From IMG/VR virus record IMGVR_UViG_3300035663_000008: 20,000 nt of DNA, one strand, 5' to 3'. The notes under the pieces are model-generated. The model searched no databases. It had not been told where the DNA came from and worked only from the letters and a program-made list of their open reading frames with translations. The position numbers and the translations under genes were made by a program. Source of the stretch: an uncultured virus (IMG/VR IMGVR_UViG_3300035663_000008). Its lineage: Duplodnaviria; Heunggongvirae; Uroviricota; Caudoviricetes. Of the stretch, positions 1 to 7,986 are shown piece after piece (positions within the stretch are counted from its first letter, which is position 1; the number at the start of each line of letters is the position of its first letter).

Positions 1-212
1 TGATTGAGCCGTGTGTGCTGGCAGGATGTCCTGTGGGAGGAACGGTGTTTGATCCGTTCACGGGCAGCGGCACCACTGCTGTTGTGGCACTGAAGAACGG
101 ACGAAACTATATCGGGACTGAATTGAATTCTGAATATGTGAAGATTGCGGAAGAGCGGATTAAAGAATCCGTTCCACAAACCCTAGAGGAGATTTTAAAT
201 GAGCAAGTTTAA
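1..212 (+). CDS. DNA methyltransferase (N4-C/N6-A family), C-terminal part, truncated by window start
   Basis: SAM-binding motif I near the C-terminus (GGTVFDPFTGSGTTAVVALKNGRNYIGTELN), typical of beta-class amino-methyltransferases; frame is open back to the window edge. Confidence 0.88.
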   Translation, partial: IEPCVLAGCPVGGTVFDPFTGSGTTAVVALKNGRNYIGTELNSEYVKIAEERIKESVPQTLEEILNEQV

Positions 213-462
213 GCCTATTGGAAAATGGATTTGGGTGCAATCGCACCTTGGCGGTCAGAAGGAAACCGAAGCAGGCATCATCTACAATGAAGTAGTGAAA
301 ACACAGTACATTTGGGCTACGGTTGTCGGAATTGGTGATAAGATAACGGAAGACATCAAGGTTGGAGACAAGGTTCTGTGGGATCGCACCAAGAACCAAG
401 GTCAGGGACATGATGGCAGGGACATGGTTCATCAGGACTGGATTGCACTCGTTGAGCGTTAA
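199..462 (+). CDS. groES: GroES/Cpn10-like co-chaperonin (87 aa)
   Basis: FKPIGKWIWV (cf. KPLGDRVLV), mobile-loop-like KETEAGII, and ATVVGIG...IKVGDKVLW match the Cpn10 pattern; GAGGAG SD upstream. Confidence 0.75.
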   Translation: MSKFKPIGKWIWVQSHLGGQKETEAGIIYNEVVKTQYIWATVVGIGDKITEDIKVGDKVLWDRTKNQGQGHDGRDMVHQDWIALVER

Positions 463-470
463 GGAGCATC

Positions 471-3023
471 GTGGACTTCTACACTTCCGTTGACATTCGT
501 GGCAAGAACATCCTGTACCGTGGATGGAAGAACGGGCAGCGTCAGCACCTCCGTGTGCCGTTCTGCCCTACCCTCTACATCCCGTCCAAGGACGCAGGAG
601 AGTTCACCACCATCAACGGCAAGCCCGTGCAGCCCATTCAGTTTGACGGCATCGGGGAAGCCCGCGAGTTCATTGACCGTTTCAAGGATGTCTCCAACTA
701 CGACATCTACGGAAACACCAACTTTGTGTATCAGTACCTTTACAAGGAGTTTCCCAATGAAGTCGATTACGACTTCAGCAGCCTCCGCATAGCCAACTTG
801 GACATTGAGACATCGTGTGACGGCGGTTTTCCCACGCCATCCTCTCCCACGGAGCGGGTCATTGCAATCACGATCTCAATGAGTGACAAGACCTATGTGC
901 TAGGCTTGGGAGACTTTCATATTGACGGCGAGGGAGTTTCCTGCATTCCTTATGATGACGAGCAAGAACTGCTTGCAGGGTTCATTGAACTGTGGAGGTT
1001 CCTTGATCCCGACATCGTGACAGGGTGGAACATCCGCTTCTTTGATATTCCGTACCTTGTGGCGCGGATGAACTACCTTGAAGAAGGATGGGGGAACTCC
1101 CTCTCGCCGTGGGGCAAACTACGCGAGACTGTGGTGAATCGCATGGGACGCGACCAGACCGCGTATGTGATCAGCGGCGTTGCCACGCTTGACTACTTTG
1201 AACTGTATCAGACTTTCACCTATGTGAAGCAGGAGTCATACTCCCTCAATCACATTTCCAAGGTGGAGTTGGGCGAAGAGAAACTGTCGTATGCGGAATA
1301 CGAAACCATTCAGGAGTTCTACACACAGAACTTTCAGCGGTTCATGGAGTATAACTTCCAAGATGTGCGGCTCGTTGATCGCCTTGAATCCAAACTGAAA
1401 CTGCTGGAACTGGCGGTGGCGTTGGCGTATTCGGCGCGGGTGAACTTTGAGGATGTGTTCTCTCAAGTCCGCACATGGGATGCCATCATCCACCACCACC
1501 TGATGAGCAAGGGCATGGTGATTCCGCAGAAGACCGATCAGAAGAAGGATGATCAGTACGCGGGTGCGTATGTGATGAATCCCATCGTGGGCAAGCACGA
1601 TTGGGTGGTGAGTTTTGACTTGAACTCGCTGTATCCGCACCTCATCATGCAGTACAACATCTCTCCCGAGACAAAAGACACCAATCCCGTGTGGCGGCGC
1701 GGAGCCATCTCTCCCGAGTCCATGTTGGCACGGAATCGCGGGGAAGCGGTGAAGGATTTCATTGATCCTGCGGAATATCTGAACTCCGCGAAGGCAGACG
1801 GCGTGAGCGTGGCGGCGAACGGCGTTGCGTTCGTGCGCGACCGCCAAGGCTTCCTGCCCGAACTCATGGAGAAGATGTACGCAGAACGCAAGCACTACAA
1901 GAGCCTGATGATCGCAGCACAGAAGCGGTTGGTGGACTTGGACAAGAACGCTCCCGCCGAAGAGCGGCGCAAGATTGAGTACGAGATTTCCAAGTACCAC
2001 AACTTCCAGTTGGTGCGGAAGATTCAGTTGAACTCCGCATACGGCGCAATCGGCAATCAGTACTTCAGATTCTTTGATGTGGCACTTGCGGAAGCCATCA
2101 CGCTTTCGGGGCAGTTGAACATTCAGTGGATCGGTGACGCGCTGAACAAGTTCCTGAACCGCATCCTGAAGACGGAGGGCGAGGTGTATGTGATCTACAT
2201 GGACACGGACTCCGTATACTTGAGACTTGGCAAGGTGGTGGATTCGTCTTTCAAGGGCGAACGCGACACGCAACGGGTGGTGGACTTCCTGAACGGATTC
2301 TGTGAGCGGGTGATACAGCCACAGATTGAGCGGGAGTTCGCCACCCTTGCGGACTGCATGAACGCCTACTCCAACAAGATGGTGATGGGACGCGAAGTCA
2401 TTGCGGAGAGCGGCGTGTGGACTGCGAAGAAGCGGTATATGCTGTCGGTGTGGGATGCCGAAGGCGTTCGCTACAAGACCCCGAAGTTCAAGATCATGGG
2501 CATTGAGACTGCGCGTTCGTCCACTCCTGCGTATGTTCGCAAGGCACTGAAGACTGCCATTGAGATGGTGCTGATGCGTGACGAAGCCACGCTTCAGGAG
2601 TTTGTCCGCAAGACGGAGCGCGAGTTCAAGTCCCTGCCTGTTGAGGAAGTCGCCTCTCCCCGTGGCGTGAACGGCATGGACGAGTACTCGTCACCGCTCA
2701 CGATCTACAAGAAGGGAACGCCCATCGCGGTGAAGGCGGCTCTGCTCCACAACGCTCTTGTCAAAAAGATGGGCTTGAGCAAGAAGTACCGCACCATCGG
2801 TGAAGGCGAGAAGATGAAGTTCATCTACCTGAAGACTCCCAATCCCATCCACGAAGGCGTGATCGGTTTCCCCGTCACCATGCCGAAGGAGTTCGGTCTT
2901 CAGAAATACATTGACTACGACACTCAATTCAAAAAGACTTTCCTTGAGCCTCTACGCGCCATCACCGATGCGATGGGGTGGAGTCCCGAGGAAAGAAATA
3001 GTCTTGAGTCACTGTTTGCTTGA
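471..3023 (+). CDS. gp43: Family B DNA polymerase, T4 gp43-like (850 aa)
   Basis: ExoI LDIET, ExoII GWNIRFFDIPY, ExoIII YNFQDV; motif A SFDLNSLYPH, motif B RKIQLNSAYG, motif C YMDTDS; KKRY; C-terminal clamp-binding-like SLESLFA; AAGGAG SD before GTG start. Confidence 0.97.
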   Translation: MDFYTSVDIRGKNILYRGWKNGQRQHLRVPFCPTLYIPSKDAGEFTTINGKPVQPIQFDGIGEAREFIDRFKDVSNYDIYGNTNFVYQYLYKEFPNEVDYDFSSLRIANLDIETSCDGGFPTPSSPTERVIAITISMSDKTYVLGLGDFHIDGEGVSCIPYDDEQELLAGFIELWRFLDPDIVTGWNIRFFDIPYLVARMNYLEEGWGNSLSPWGKLRETVVNRMGRDQTAYVISGVATLDYFELYQTFTYVKQESYSLNHISKVELGEEKLSYAEYETIQEFYTQNFQRFMEYNFQDVRLVDRLESKLKLLELAVALAYSARVNFEDVFSQVRTWDAIIHHHLMSKGMVIPQKTDQKKDDQYAGAYVMNPIVGKHDWVVSFDLNSLYPHLIMQYNISPETKDTNPVWRRGAISPESMLARNRGEAVKDFIDPAEYLNSAKADGVSVAANGVAFVRDRQGFLPELMEKMYAERKHYKSLMIAAQKRLVDLDKNAPAEERRKIEYEISKYHNFQLVRKIQLNSAYGAIGNQYFRFFDVALAEAITLSGQLNIQWIGDALNKFLNRILKTEGEVYVIYMDTDSVYLRLGKVVDSSFKGERDTQRVVDFLNGFCERVIQPQIEREFATLADCMNAYSNKMVMGREVIAESGVWTAKKRYMLSVWDAEGVRYKTPKFKIMGIETARSSTPAYVRKALKTAIEMVLMRDEATLQEFVRKTEREFKSLPVEEVASPRGVNGMDEYSSPLTIYKKGTPIAVKAALLHNALVKKMGLSKKYRTIGEGEKMKFIYLKTPNPIHEGVIGFPVTMPKEFGLQKYIDYDTQFKKTFLEPLRAITDAMGWSPEERNSLESLFA

Positions 3024-3031
3024 TTCGTTCA

Positions 3032-3039
3032 CTACATAC
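3032..3039 (+). promoter_or_regulatory. Putative late-promoter-like element CTACATAC
   Basis: In the 46-bp gap after gp43; the same octamer recurs at 18437; resembles the T4-type late promoter TATAAATA. Confidence 0.35.
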
Positions 3040-3069
3040 AGTATCTAACCCCTAACAAAAGGATTCGTA

Positions 3070-3390
3070 ATGGCTACAAAGATCGTGAAGGTTCAGACTG
3101 GCGAAGAACTCATTGCTTCCGTCACCGAGAATTTTGAAGGCGATACCGTTGTGTCGTATACCCTCAAGAATCCGTGCATGGTTGTTCCCATGCCCACAAA
3201 GGGCGGCGGTGCAAATATTGCTGTCGTGCCGTGGATGGCTTCCGTGAAGGAGCAGAAGATGACGGTTCCTGCGTCCTATGTGATGTTCACCGCCGAGCCT
3301 GCAACCGATCTTGCAAACGAGTTCAACGGTGCGTTCAACGGGCTTGTGGTTCCCACCGCTGCTTCCGCAGGACTCAAACTCACCACCTGA
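3070..3390 (+). CDS. Conserved T4-like phage hypothetical protein, possibly Sm-like fold (106 aa)
   Basis: KIVKVQTGEELIA...LKNPCMVVP...VVPW pattern resembles small beta-rich proteins found near gp43 in T4-like phages; AAGGA SD. Confidence 0.7.
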   Translation: MATKIVKVQTGEELIASVTENFEGDTVVSYTLKNPCMVVPMPTKGGGANIAVVPWMASVKEQKMTVPASYVMFTAEPATDLANEFNGAFNGLVVPTAASAGLKLTT

Positions 3391-3566
3391 TGAGTACCCT
3401 AAATCTTGAATACTTGAAAGGTCTTCTCTCAAAAAGAAAAGACCTGCTGCGGCGTGAAACACAGCAGATGATCGTTGACAAACTTACGCCGTTGGATACA
3501 ATACGGGCTAACGAGTCCGAGATGATGCTCATTGACGCACAGATGAAAGAATTGGAGAAAGCATGA
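3390..3566 (+). CDS. Small helical hypothetical protein (58 aa, MSTLNLEYLK...ELEKA)
   Basis: ATG at 3390 overlaps the upstream stop (TGATG) and its own stop overlaps the uvsX start (ATGA); fills the gap exactly. Confidence 0.7.
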   Translation: MSTLNLEYLKGLLSKRKDLLRRETQQMIVDKLTPLDTIRANESEMMLIDAQMKELEKA

Positions 3567-4642
3567 AACTAAAGGACATTCTGAAGGCAGCAGGAAACAA
3601 GTACGCCACCGTAGCCTCTGACGGCTTGGAGGGCAGCGATGTAAAGGGATTCATCTCCACGGGATCGTATGCGTTCAACGCACTGTTGAGCGGTTCCATC
3701 CACGGAGGAATGCCTGACAACAAGATCATTGCCCTTGCGGGTGAGCAAGCCACAGGCAAGACCTACTTTGCCCTGAATGTGGTGCGTGAGTTCCTGAACT
3801 CCGATCCCAACGCGATGGTCATGTACTTTGATACGGAGCAAGCCATTACCACCGATCTGCTGAAGTCCCGTGGCATTGACACCGACCGCGTGGCTGTGCT
3901 GCCCGTGGCTACCATTGAGGAGTTCCGCCACCAGTGCGTTCTGTCGGTGGACAAGTACCTTGAAGCAGACAAGGACTCCCGCCCCCGCATGATGATCGTG
4001 CTTGACTCGCTTGGAATGTTGTCCACCGAGAAGGAGATGAACGACACCGCAGAGGGCAAGAATACCCGCGACATGACTCGCGCACAGGTGGCAAAGGCAG
4101 CGTTCCGCGTCCTGACCATCAAGTTGGGTCATGCACGGATTCCCCTGCTGATGACGAACCACACCTACGATGTGGTGGGCGCGTATGTTCCCATGAAGGA
4201 GATGGGTGGCGGCAGCGGTCTGAAGTATGCCGCTTCCACCATCATCTACCTGTCCAAGAAGAAGGACAAGGTGGACAACGAGGTGGTGGGCAACATCATC
4301 CACTGCAAGGCACACAAGAGCCGACTCACCAAGCAGGACAAAATGGTGGATGTGCAGTTGAATTTTGAAACTGGACTAAACAAGTATTACGGACTGCTTG
4401 ACATTGCGCTGAAGCACGGTATCTTTACGAAGGTGTCCACGAAGATTCAGTTGCCCAACGGCAAGACCGTGTTTGAATCGCAGATCAACAAGAACCCCGA
4501 GAAGTACTACAACGAAGACATCCTGCGGGCTATTGACATTGCCTGCAAGAAGGAGTTCTGCTACGGCAAGAGCGAAGCACAGCAGGCAATGGATCGTCTG
4601 GCTGAACTTGATGAGGAACTTGGACTAAATGAGTCAAACTGA
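3563..4642 (+). CDS. uvsX: RecA-like recombinase UvsX (359 aa)
   Basis: Walker A GEQATGKT, YFDTE, Walker B MIVLDSLG, RDMTRAQ, TNHTY, MGGGSGLKYAAS; position between gp43 and gp41. Confidence 0.95.
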   Translation: MKLKDILKAAGNKYATVASDGLEGSDVKGFISTGSYAFNALLSGSIHGGMPDNKIIALAGEQATGKTYFALNVVREFLNSDPNAMVMYFDTEQAITTDLLKSRGIDTDRVAVLPVATIEEFRHQCVLSVDKYLEADKDSRPRMMIVLDSLGMLSTEKEMNDTAEGKNTRDMTRAQVAKAAFRVLTIKLGHARIPLLMTNHTYDVVGAYVPMKEMGGGSGLKYAASTIIYLSKKKDKVDNEVVGNIIHCKAHKSRLTKQDKMVDVQLNFETGLNKYYGLLDIALKHGIFTKVSTKIQLPNGKTVFESQINKNPEKYYNEDILRAIDIACKKEFCYGKSEAQQAMDRLAELDEELGLNESN

Positions 4643-6044
4643 AAAAACGATCCTGTCGGGACTGCTGAACGATCCCGAGTTCTGCAAGAAGACCATTCCA
4701 TTCTTGCAGGAGGAGTATTTCCTTGATCGCGTGGATCGGGCTGTGTTCCGATCCATCAAGGATTTCGTGAATCAGTACAAGGGCATTCCCACAAAGGATG
4801 CCCTGCTTATTGCACTTGAAGACAACAAGGGATTGACGGAGGACGAGTTCTCCAAGTGCAAGAGCCTCGTAGGAGACATGGGGAAGTCCGCCAAGCAGGA
4901 CACGCAGTGGTTGAGCGACACCACCGAGAAGTTCTGCAAGGACAAAGCCATCTATAATGCCATTCTTGAATCCATTCAGATCATAGACGGCAAGGACAAG
5001 GCACGGACTCCCCATGCTCTCCCCGAGATTCTTTCAAAGGCTCTCGCGGTTTCTTTTGACACGAATGTGGGACACGATTTCCTTGAGGACTACGAGTCTC
5101 GCCATGAGTTCTACCACAGGGTGGAGCGAAAGGTTCCGTTTGACTTGGAGATGTTCAATGCCATCACGAAGGGCGGTATCTCTCCGAAGACCCTGAACAT
5201 CATCATGGCAGGAACAGGCGTGGGCAAGTCGCTATTCATGTGCCATCATGCGGCTGCGTGTCTCATGCAGAACCGAAATGTGCTGTACATCACGCTTGAA
5301 ATGGCTGAAGAGCGCATTGCGGAACGCATTGACGCAAACATCATGGACATCACGATGGATGAACTTCAGGACTTGCCGCTTGAGATGTACGAGAAGCGAC
5401 TGAAGGGTGCGACTCGTGGCGTGAGCGGCAAACTCATCGTGAAGGAATACCCCACCTCCTTTGCGAATGTGAATCACTTCCGCATCCTGTTGGACGAGTT
5501 GCGACTGAAGAAGCAGTTTGTTCCCGACATCATTTTCGTGGACTACATCAACATCTGCTCGTCTGCACGGTTCAAGCACGGCAACAACATCAACTCGTAT
5601 GGCTACATCAAGGCTATCGCAGAGGAGTTGCGTGGTCTGGCGATGGAGCGGGATGTTCCCATCGTGAGTGCCACACAGGTGAACCGCGCAGGGTTCTCGT
5701 CCACCGATGTTGACCTGACCGATACTTCAGAATCATTCGGCTTGCCCCACACGGCAGACCTGATGATTGCCCTCATCACCACCGATGAGTTGGAGAAGGC
5801 AGGACAGATCATGGTGAAGCAGTTGAAGAACCGCTACAACGGCAAGGCTGCAAACAAGAAGTTCATCGTGGGCTTGAACTATGCGAAGATGAAGTTCTAC
5901 GATATTGACAGCAGCGTTTCGGAAGACCTGATGGATGCAAACATCCAAAAGGGCGAAGGTGACGGATACGGATCAGGATACGGTGCCAAGGACTTCACGG
6001 CGAAGTTCGGCAAGAAGCGTGATACGAGTGATTGGAATATTTGA
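4629..6044 (+). CDS. gp41: DnaB-like replicative helicase, T4 gp41-like (471 aa)
   Basis: Walker A AGTGVGKS, YITLEMAEERIAERID, IVKEYPT, FVDYINI, SATQVNR, SESFGLP, QLKNRY. Confidence 0.96.
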   Translation: MSQTEKTILSGLLNDPEFCKKTIPFLQEEYFLDRVDRAVFRSIKDFVNQYKGIPTKDALLIALEDNKGLTEDEFSKCKSLVGDMGKSAKQDTQWLSDTTEKFCKDKAIYNAILESIQIIDGKDKARTPHALPEILSKALAVSFDTNVGHDFLEDYESRHEFYHRVERKVPFDLEMFNAITKGGISPKTLNIIMAGTGVGKSLFMCHHAAACLMQNRNVLYITLEMAEERIAERIDANIMDITMDELQDLPLEMYEKRLKGATRGVSGKLIVKEYPTSFANVNHFRILLDELRLKKQFVPDIIFVDYINICSSARFKHGNNINSYGYIKAIAEELRGLAMERDVPIVSATQVNRAGFSSTDVDLTDTSESFGLPHTADLMIALITTDELEKAGQIMVKQLKNRYNGKAANKKFIVGLNYAKMKFYDIDSSVSEDLMDANIQKGEGDGYGSGYGAKDFTAKFGKKRDTSDWNI

Positions 6045-7036
6045 TGTCCACCTACATTGACAAGAAGTACATCAACATGGTGTCTCCCCAACTTGAGCGA
6101 TTCAAATGGAAGACCCAAGCACTTGCAAATTGTCGCTGCCCCGTGTGCGGAGACTCGCAGCGCAACAAGAGCAAGGCGCGTGGTTTCTTCTTCCCCAAGA
6201 AGAACGACTATTTCTACAAGTGTCACAACTGTGGAGTGGGGCATTCCGTATACCGATTTTTGGAAATCGTGGCTCCTGCTCTGGCACAGGAATACGCGCT
6301 TGAACGGTGGCGAAACGGGGAGAACGGCAAGAGCAACTATGTGAAGCCTGTGGAGGCGGCTGTAGCCCTTCCAAAGGCACAGATACGGCTTCCTCCCGTG
6401 TCCACCCTGCCTGAAACGCACCCTGCACGACAATATTTGGAATCGCGCAAGGTTCCCCACACAGATCGGTTCTATTTTTCAAAAGCATTCGGAGATTGGG
6501 TGCGCTCCATTGACTCTACATATACTACCGTTCCGAATGACGAGCGTATCGTCATACCATTCGTGAACAAAGCAGGGGAACTCCTCGCGGCGCAAGGACG
6601 CTGCTTGAGCGGTTCCAAAAATTCAATCCGATACATTACCGTGAAGTTCACCAAGGACGGACGAGCGGTCTACGGCGAAGATCGGTTGGATTATTCAAAG
6701 AAGGTGTACGCCGTTGAAGGTCCGATTGACTCTGTATTTCTTCGTAACTCTATTGCTCTTGCTGGCAGCGAACTCGCTCACGCCACGAAACTGTTTCGTG
6801 ATTGCGTTGTTGTATACGACAATGAACCACGCAATCCCGAGATTGTACACAAGATGGAAGACGCGATCCGTAGCGGCTATACCGTCTGTGTGTGGAACAG
6901 CAGCATCGGAGAAAAGGACATCAACGACATGGTGCTTGCAGGACGATCTCCCGAAGAGGTTCAAGCCATCATTGACGAGTGTTCGTGCAGCGGTCTGACT
7001 GCACTGGCACGGTTTTCACAATGGAGAGTGCGATGA
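6044..7036 (+). CDS. gp61: DNA primase, T4 gp61-like (probable start ATG 6044)
   Basis: Zn-finger CPVCGDS...KCHNCG; TOPRIM motifs VEGPIDS, YDNEPRN, KDINDM; TGATG overlap with the gp41 stop. Confidence 0.94.
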   Translation: MSTYIDKKYINMVSPQLERFKWKTQALANCRCPVCGDSQRNKSKARGFFFPKKNDYFYKCHNCGVGHSVYRFLEIVAPALAQEYALERWRNGENGKSNYVKPVEAAVALPKAQIRLPPVSTLPETHPARQYLESRKVPHTDRFYFSKAFGDWVRSIDSTYTTVPNDERIVIPFVNKAGELLAAQGRCLSGSKNSIRYITVKFTKDGRAVYGEDRLDYSKKVYAVEGPIDSVFLRNSIALAGSELAHATKLFRDCVVVYDNEPRNPEIVHKMEDAIRSGYTVCVWNSSIGEKDINDMVLAGRSPEEVQAIIDECSCSGLTALARFSQWRVR

Positions 7037-7278
7037 GCGAATACAAACTAGATCCAATGCACGATTTTTGTAACTCCGAAAACGGTAAATTACTGCATGA
7101 TCGTATTTCACAAATGGACACCCTACAGCGTGTAGAGGTCGCTTCCATGTGTCAGATGTTCTCGTTCTGGCGAGAGATACAGGAAACTCTGTTTGCCGCT
7201 GCGGAGGAGATCAAGCGGCTTCGTGCGCGTGTAAGTGAATTGGAGGGTGCAAATGGAAAAGCAGATAAAGATTCTTGA
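7033..7278 (+). CDS. Hypothetical protein with C-terminal coiled coil (81 aa)
   Basis: ATGA overlap with the primase stop; AAEEIKRLRARVSELE coiled-coil-like segment. Confidence 0.65.
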   Translation: MSEYKLDPMHDFCNSENGKLLHDRISQMDTLQRVEVASMCQMFSFWREIQETLFAAAEEIKRLRARVSELEGANGKADKDS

Positions 7279-7978
7279 CAACGGATTCGTGCAGTATGTT
7301 GACCACATGGGCAGCGATCTCACGGTGGTCAACTCTGCGCGTGTTTCTTTCAACAAGGAGAGCGATTGGGAATCCGAACCTGATTGGCGAGGCTACCATC
7401 CGCGCACACTTTCCGACAAGGACAAGAAACTCATCGGGTATCTTGCCAAGCACAAGCACTGGACTCCGTTCGCGCATCCACAGATCACCCTGCGGATCAA
7501 GGCTCCCATCTTCATTCGCACCCAACTCTTCAAGCACAAGGTTGGATTCACCGAGAACGAAGTCAGCCGCCGCTATGTGAGTGATCCGCCGACCGTGTAT
7601 TTTCCACATTGGCGCGGCAAGCCCACAAACGGCGCAAAGCAGGGGTCTGAAGACTTCATGCCCATAGATGATGCGTACAACACCGTGAGCCGCCACTACG
7701 AAATGTGTGTGCGGGAAGCACTGTTCTCCTACGAACAACTCCTGAAGTTGGGCGTGGCTCCTGAACAGGCACGGGCTGTGCTGCCGCAGGGAACCTATAC
7801 CGAATGGTGGTGGACAGGTTCGCTTGCAGCGTTTGCGCGGGTGTATGCACAGCGCAGCGATCCTCATGCCCAATGGGAATGCCAGCAGTACGCAGCGGCG
7901 TTCGGTGAGATCATTGCACCCATTTTCCCCCATTCGTGGGCGGCTCTGACGCAGAAAGCACCCATCCCTGAAGCCTAA
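7253..7978 (+). CDS. thyX: Flavin-dependent thymidylate synthase ThyX (probable start ATG 7253)
   Basis: YVDHMGSDLTVVNSARVSF, KHWTPFAH, variant ThyX motif QLFKHKVGFTENEVSRRY, GVAPEQARAVLPQ, HAQWE; GGAGG SD upstream. Confidence 0.93.
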   Translation: MEKQIKILDNGFVQYVDHMGSDLTVVNSARVSFNKESDWESEPDWRGYHPRTLSDKDKKLIGYLAKHKHWTPFAHPQITLRIKAPIFIRTQLFKHKVGFTENEVSRRYVSDPPTVYFPHWRGKPTNGAKQGSEDFMPIDDAYNTVSRHYEMCVREALFSYEQLLKLGVAPEQARAVLPQGTYTEWWWTGSLAAFARVYAQRSDPHAQWECQQYAAAFGEIIAPIFPHSWAALTQKAPIPEA

Positions 7979-7982
7979 ATAC
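7975..7982 (+). promoter_or_regulatory. Putative T4-type late promoter CTAAATAC
   Basis: TAAATA core overlapping the thyX stop, directly before the first fibre gene; same CTAAATA at 13369 before the second fibre gene. Confidence 0.55.
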
Positions 7983-7986
7983 AGGG

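Noticed and set aside
1236..2273. 345-aa minus-strand ORF and similar antisense ORFs (e.g. 3569-4315, 7211-7933, 16071-16775)
   Set aside because: Antisense shadows of well-supported + strand genes with biased codon usage; no recognisable motifs.
3174..3389. N-terminal extension of the 130-aa ORF in the track
   Set aside because: Overlaps the 3070-3390 gene out of frame; the coupled ATG at 3390 is the more plausible start.
471..6044. Inteins, introns or homing endonucleases in gp43, uvsX or gp41 (also checked in nrdJ)
   Set aside because: Lengths are ordinary, conserved motifs are contiguous, and no splice-junction or endonuclease motifs were seen.
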